The position numbers and the translations under genes were made by a program. Of a DNA stretch of 64,000 nt, positions 59,333-64,000 are shown one piece after another. The notes beneath the pieces are model-generated. The model was not told where the DNA came from and searched no databases. It saw only the letters and a list, made by a program, of their open reading frames with translations. The stretch is from an uncultured virus (IMG/VR IMGVR_UViG_3300034683_000273) (lineage: Duplodnaviria; Heunggongvirae; Uroviricota; Caudoviricetes), in the IMG/VR virus record IMGVR_UViG_3300034683_000273, one strand, 5' to 3'. How positions within the stretch are numbered: the first letter of the stretch is position 1; each line of letters opens with the position of its first letter.

Positions 59333-60608
59333 CGGAATTTTCCTCCTTTCCGTCATTGTCGGTTGTATTTGCAAAAGCGCCCGCATCTTTCAGAGGGAGC
59401 ATATTGCCGTTGATAAGGTAAAGGTCGCCGCCTTCTGACCCAGGGATACGGTCGAGGTTTTCCAGTTCACGGATATCGTTTGCAGACATCCAACCGTTCT
59501 GACGACCAATGGCGTAGCCGTTCATACGGCTCTGGTAATCGCCACGGAGCAGACCCTCAAGATTGAATTTCACAAAATAACGCACCTTTTCATCGTGGGA
59601 TAAAAGCGCCCTCTGAATGGACTGCTCCCAACGGATGACCCACGGGTCAAGGGTGTATTTCACGAATTCCAGGGACTGCTGCTCTATATTAGAAAAACTC
59701 GACTTCTCAAGGTCGCCCACCATATGGGGAGGGACTCTGAAAATTCGAGCAATTTCATTGATTTGGAACTTCCTTGTTTCAAGGAACTGTGCCTGCTCCG
59801 GAGAAATAGAAATAGGCGTGTACTTCATTCCTTCTTCGAGGACAGCCACTTTATTGGAGTTGGAACTGCCGCCAAAGGCAGCCTGCCAGCTTTCTCTGAC
59901 CCTCTGCGGGTCTTTGATGGTACCTGGGTGTTCCAACACACCGCCAGGGGTAGCACCGTTGGCGAAGAACTTGGCACCGTATTCCTCGCAGGCAATCGCC
60001 ATGCCGATGGCGTTCTTTGCCATAGCGATGGGACTGTAGCCTACAAGACCGTCAAACCCAAGTCCCGGAATATGAAGCACATCGGAAGGCTGCAGGGTTA
60101 CTGCAAACTCCTTATTTTTAATAGCCTCATCGGGACCACGGTAATAGGTGTAATACAGATGCCCGTTTTCATCCCTGTCCACGCTCATCTTGTTTGGCAT
60201 CAGTGGGTAAAGAGCCACCACCTCGTTCTTGCCGTTACGGATAACCTGTGCGTAGGCATTGCCCCAAAGGAGCAGATGGGTCATGAGTGTTTCCCTAAAT
60301 ACAAAGGAACTCATTTCCGGATTCGGCTCATCATGGAGCAATCGGTAAAGCGGATGGTCGATGGCTTTTTCCTTGCCGCCGTCATCGTTATATTTATATA
60401 AATGCAAAGGCAAGCCTGCCACGGCTTCAGCCAGGATACGGACACAGGAATACACTGCCGTCATCTGCATGGCAGAACGCTCTGTCACTGCCTTACCGGA
60501 AGTTGTGCCGCCCATGTAAAAGGTGTAGGCACTGCCCGCCGTTCTGTTTTCAGGCTTATCTCTTGCTTTGAAAATGTTTGCTAATACTCCCATTGGAACC
60601 TCCTTCAC
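59229..60608 (-). CDS. Portal protein (HK97 family)
   Basis: LLHDEPN, LLWGNAY, GYSPI, IARIFRVPP. Confidence 0.95.
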   Translation of the reverse strand: MKEVPMGVLANIFKARDKPENRTAGSAYTFYMGGTTSGKAVTERSAMQMTAVYSCVRILAEAVAGLPLHLYKYNDDGGKEKAIDHPLYRLLHDEPNPEMSSFVFRETLMTHLLLWGNAYAQVIRNGKNEVVALYPLMPNKMSVDRDENGHLYYTYYRGPDEAIKNKEFAVTLQPSDVLHIPGLGFDGLVGYSPIAMAKNAIGMAIACEEYGAKFFANGATPGGVLEHPGTIKDPQRVRESWQAAFGGSSNSNKVAVLEEGMKYTPISISPEQAQFLETRKFQINEIARIFRVPPHMVGDLEKSSFSNIEQQSLEFVKYTLDPWVIRWEQSIQRALLSHDEKVRYFVKFNLEGLLRGDYQSRMNGYAIGRQNGWMSANDIRELENLDRIPGSEGGDLYLINGNMLPLKDAGAFANTTDNDGKEENSDEEVLEVEEPGTDGNDAGGEDTVSERNNRRRKLV

Positions 60609-60663
60609 TTTAATTGGGGAGCAAATTCAATGCTTTTTAGCAAAATTTGTTCCCCAATATAAT

Positions 60664-62268
60664 TCAGATAAAAAGTATGCCACGGTCATCGTAAACCGAG
60701 GCGCTGTTGGTGTTGCCACAGCGAATTGCACGGTCGAGTGCCATGATGGTGGCAACAGCACCGTCAATCTTTTCTGTGGATTTGGCTTTGTCTGCTTTGA
60801 TATTTCCGGCAGGGTCAGTCTTGATGTAGATGTTATCCATCATCCATCGCAGAACCGGATGCCCGCCGTGAGCCAGTTTTTTCTCCATTGCAAGTTTCAT
60901 CAGTTCCTTGGTCGGAGGAGACATATCCTTGTACCCCTGTCCGAAAGGAACTACCGTAAATCCCATACCCTCAAGGTTCTGCACCATTTGAACAGCACCC
61001 CAACGGTCATATGCGATTTCTCGGATGTTGTATTTCTCACCCAGGGACTCGATGAATTTCTCGATGTAGCCGTAATGGACTACATTGCCCTCGGTGGTCA
61101 TAAGCAAGTCCTGTCGTTCCCAAATGTCATACGGCACATGGTCACGGCGGACACGCAGGTCAATGTTATCTTCGGGTATCCAGAAGTACGGCAGAATGAT
61201 ATATTTATCATCCTCGTCCTCCGGTGGGAACACCAACACAAAAGCCGTAATATCCGTAGTGCTTGAAAGGTCAAGACCACCGTAGCAGACGCGGCCTTCC
61301 AGTTCGGACTTGTCGGTCGGGAATGCACAGGCATCCCACACCGCCATCGGCATCCAACGGACAGCCTGTTTGACCCACTGATTCAGCCTTAACTGACGAA
61401 AGGCGTTCTCTTCGCCGGGGTTCTGCTTTGCCTGTTCGCAGGCTTGCTGCACCTTATCGATACCAACCGTCACACCAAGAGAGGGATTGGCTTTCTTCCA
61501 TACTTCCGGGTCTGTCCAATCGTCATCATCCTCTGCACCGTAAATCACAGGGTAGAAGGTAGGGTCAACTTTTCGACCTTCGATGATGTCCTTTGCCTTT
61601 TGGTGGGTTTCGTAGCAGATGGACTGCGTATCGTTACCCGCCGTGGTGATCAGGAAGTACAATGGCTGCATTCTTGCATCACCGGAACCCTTGGTCATTA
61701 CATCAAACAGTTTTCGGTTTGGCTGAGTGTGCAGCTCATCGAATATAACGCCGTGAGTATTGAAACCATGTTTGTTGGCTACATCCGCCGACAGTGCTTT
61801 GTATTTACTGCCCGTCGGGTTGTAGGTCATGGTCTTCTGGCTTGCCTGAATGGTCATCTTATTTTTAAGCAGAGGACTGCGCCTTACCATCTCCAAAGCA
61901 ACATCAAATACGATTCGTGCCTGGTCTTTATCCGCAGCACAGCCGTAAACTTCAGCACCCGGTTCAAAGTCGGCACACAGAAGATACAGTGCCACGGCAG
62001 CCGCCAGTTCCGATTTACCTTGTTTCTTCGGTATTTCGATATAGGCTGTGTTGAACTGCCTGTATCCGTTTGGTTTCAGAACACCGAAGATATCTCGGAT
62101 AATCTGCTCCTGCCAGTCAATCAGTTCAAATGGCTTTCCATCCCATGTGCCTTTGGTATGACAGCAGAATTTTTCAATAAAACATACCGCATGGTCGGCG
62201 GCATCTTTATCGTAATAGCTGCCCTCCGCCATAAAGCGGGTTGGTTTGTAGTTTTTCAACTTTCGCAA
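60664..62268 (-). CDS. terL: Terminase large subunit
   Basis: IPKKQGKS, FDELH, ITTAG, GLDLS, KIDG. Confidence 0.95.
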   Translation of the reverse strand: MRKLKNYKPTRFMAEGSYYDKDAADHAVCFIEKFCCHTKGTWDGKPFELIDWQEQIIRDIFGVLKPNGYRQFNTAYIEIPKKQGKSELAAAVALYLLCADFEPGAEVYGCAADKDQARIVFDVALEMVRRSPLLKNKMTIQASQKTMTYNPTGSKYKALSADVANKHGFNTHGVIFDELHTQPNRKLFDVMTKGSGDARMQPLYFLITTAGNDTQSICYETHQKAKDIIEGRKVDPTFYPVIYGAEDDDDWTDPEVWKKANPSLGVTVGIDKVQQACEQAKQNPGEENAFRQLRLNQWVKQAVRWMPMAVWDACAFPTDKSELEGRVCYGGLDLSSTTDITAFVLVFPPEDEDDKYIILPYFWIPEDNIDLRVRRDHVPYDIWERQDLLMTTEGNVVHYGYIEKFIESLGEKYNIREIAYDRWGAVQMVQNLEGMGFTVVPFGQGYKDMSPPTKELMKLAMEKKLAHGGHPVLRWMMDNIYIKTDPAGNIKADKAKSTEKIDGAVATIMALDRAIRCGNTNSASVYDDRGILFI

Positions 62269-62311
62269 ATGCCGTCACCTCCTCAAAAATGGCATAAAAA
62301 ATAAGAACCTC

Positions 62312-62374
62312 TACGGTTCCCAAAATCAAAGATTTTGACCGTAACGAGAACCTTGTTACTCGCTACGCTCGTAA
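62312..62374. repeat. Compact palindromic element upstream of terL
   Basis: caaaatc-aaa-gattttg inside tacggt/accgta, then gtaacgag-aac-cttgttac. Confidence 0.5.
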
Positions 62375-62452
62375 TATGCCGCCATATAATAATGCGACCT
62401 TCGTATACGAGGAACAGAGCCTCACGGCTCCGTCCTGCCTTTACAGGATTTT

Positions 62453-62692
62453 TTAGTTGTGTTCGTTCAGTAAAATGCAAAGGGCAAGGTTGGCTTCTTC
62501 GGTTGCGGGTTCAACATCCCAACCTCTGTCATAGTTGGCAATAACCTCGCCATCGAGTTTCAGCATCAGCTTGCTGATTTTTCCGCCGTTGATACCGAAT
62601 CGGCTGCCTTCCTCATAAACCTTAATCCAGTAGTGGACTGCCTTGTAACCGCCGTCCGGCTTTGGAATACCGATTGTTCCTTCTTTCCACAT
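62453..62692 (-). CDS. Conserved small phage protein
   Basis: K.YEEGS.FGI..G.ISKL..NYDRGWD. Confidence 0.7.
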   Translation of the reverse strand: MWKEGTIGIPKPDGGYKAVHYWIKVYEEGSRFGINGGKISKLMLKLDGEVIANYDRGWDVEPATEEANLALCILLNEHN

Positions 62693-62694
62693 AG

Positions 62695-62874
62695 TCAGTC
62701 CTCCATTTCGCCTGTGAGTATAAAGTGGGTGTATTCCTTTCGGTGTTCCTCAAGGTACACCACCAATTCGTAAAAATGCATCTCGTTGGCAATGTACTGT
62801 ACCATCGGCACATCAAACATATTGGTTCGTCCGGTTGCTCGGATGGCGAGTATCTGTTCCTTGATTTTATTCAT
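62695..62874 (-). CDS. DUF5049-like protein (start likely MNKIKEQ)
   Basis: QILAIR.TGRTNMFD..Y..FILTG. Confidence 0.7.
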   Translation of the reverse strand: MNKIKEQILAIRATGRTNMFDVPMVQYIANEMHFYELVVYLEEHRKEYTHFILTGEMED

Positions 62875-63253
62875 CGGTGCAGACCTCCTTGCCCATAAGC
62901 AACTCGGTGTAAATTTTGGTATAGCGTTCACACTCGCTGCCCTCGGAGTCCGCAATGGCTCTAAGGTAAAAATCTGCCGCTTCTTTTCTGCTGTCCCAGA
63001 CTTCCGTCTGACCGTAGCAGGTAATCTTCACAGCATCCAATTTTCGACAACTATCGACACCGTACACTACATTCAAGCCGGAGCCGTTATCCCAACGAAC
63101 CATAATGGAGGCAGTATCATCCACCCCTCGAACCGTACCCTTCGTGCCAATGGGTGGTGCCTGCATATCTTCCATCTGCACCAGTTCCACACGGCAGCCT
63201 ACAGGGTAGGCTTTGCGTACACGCTCCACTGTTTCTTTATTCGGAAATCTCAT
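62867..63253 (-). CDS. DUF4314-like protein
   Basis: YP.G.RVEL..M.D..PPIGTKGTV..VDD..WDNGS.L. Confidence 0.75.
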   Translation of the reverse strand: MRFPNKETVERVRKAYPVGCRVELVQMEDMQAPPIGTKGTVRGVDDTASIMVRWDNGSGLNVVYGVDSCRKLDAVKITCYGQTEVWDSRKEAADFYLRAIADSEGSECERYTKIYTELLMGKEVCTDE

Positions 63254-63986
63254 GCTTGGCACCTCCTTTGAAAGCACTGCTGCCGGAAAGATTGCGGAGC
63301 AGGATTTTTCGCTCGGTCTTGTATTCGTTTCCGATAAAGCCGAGGCGGAGGAGAAAACAGCGGAATGCGTATTTCTCGTTGTCCACCGCTTTTTCCGTGG
63401 CGCTGATGCGTTTCTGATTTCGGCTCATTTCACAAAGGGCTGCAATGAAGTGTGTGTAAGTCTTGACCTCGTCAGCATCCAATCCATCCTCAAACCAAGG
63501 GAAGGAAATCCTATCCTCTCCGATTTCGATTGGGGTTGCCGTAATTCCGAGTGCCTTTTTTATAAGACTGCCCTTGGCATCCAGAAGGTTCGTAAGGTTT
63601 CCCACCACCACCTTATCAAGGGGAATCGCCACCGTAAGGCCAACGATTTCGTTCTGTGGCTCGGCAGGGTCTTCGGAAAGGTAAGCCGGAGGGCAATCCG
63701 CCAAGGGTTCTTCGCCCTCAATAACAGGCTCCTGCTGTTCGCTATCGTAAGCGGAGAAGTCGCTCTCAAAACCTTCATCGTAAAGATGTTCTAACAGTCT
63801 CTCAATGACCTCGCTGTCTGCCATATCATCAAACAGCAGGTTGCCTTCCTTGTCGATTGTGAAGTAGTCTACTTCGTAGGCGCAGGAAGGAACTCCCTTA
63901 TACCTGCAATCAACCTCAAGCCAGGTGGCTATGGTCTGTGCCAGTTCCTTGCGTTTTTTACCGGGTACATTGTAATGAATTCTCAT
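63237..63986 (-). CDS. Conserved phage protein often annotated 'virulence protein'
   Basis: RKEL..Y.G.PS.AY; NEKYAFRCFLLRLGFIG..LSGSSAF. Confidence 0.7.
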   Translation of the reverse strand: MRIHYNVPGKKRKELAQTIATWLEVDCRYKGVPSCAYEVDYFTIDKEGNLLFDDMADSEVIERLLEHLYDEGFESDFSAYDSEQQEPVIEGEEPLADCPPAYLSEDPAEPQNEIVGLTVAIPLDKVVVGNLTNLLDAKGSLIKKALGITATPIEIGEDRISFPWFEDGLDADEVKTYTHFIAALCEMSRNQKRISATEKAVDNEKYAFRCFLLRLGFIGNEYKTERKILLRNLSGSSAFKGGAKHEISE

Positions 63987-64000
63987 ATAGAAATCCTCCT

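Larger units (their letters stand above)
35721..64000. mobile_element. Prophage 2, Phi-m46.1-like triple serine-recombinase element, truncated by window edge
   Basis: Three recombinase genes, SHOCT gene, lysis, tail, HK97 head, terminase, DUF4314/DUF5049-like genes; begins at the P-Q-T codons of rlmD. Confidence 0.85.

Noticed and set aside
1..64000. CRISPR array, tRNA, rRNA, IS transposase or antibiotic resistance gene
   Set aside because: No regularly spaced repeats, cloverleaf, rRNA, transposase or resistance motifs recognised; the MBL-fold gene is a phage recombination nuclease

Overview
The window holds two different Firmicutes (clostridial-type) siphovirus prophages in tandem, both apparently inserted at the 3' end of an rlmD/rumA-type 23S rRNA methyltransferase gene that lies outside the window. 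Prophage 1 (about 95-35712, AT-rich) looks complete. It has a tyrosine integrase, ImmA peptidase, a duplicated repressor/operator switch, RecT/DUF4373 replication genes, an A118/SPP1-like head and tail, a holin and an unusual S8-M23-SLH lysin. Its accessory content includes a HigB/HigA/SecB toxin-antitoxin-chaperone operon, a convergent soluble-plus-membrane gene pair, a promoter-driven ~370 nt structured RNA candidate with a 10-codon leader ORF, and a minor capsid gene split by an HNH gene and ending in a GNAT domain with its own internal promoter. Prophage 2 (35721 to beyond 64000, visibly more GC-rich) resembles Phi-m46.1-type elements: three serine recombinase genes, an HK97 head, a GH18 tail-associated protein, an amidase, and a cargo operon with a GmrSD-like gene. 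All family calls come from motif recognition by eye; no database search was run.
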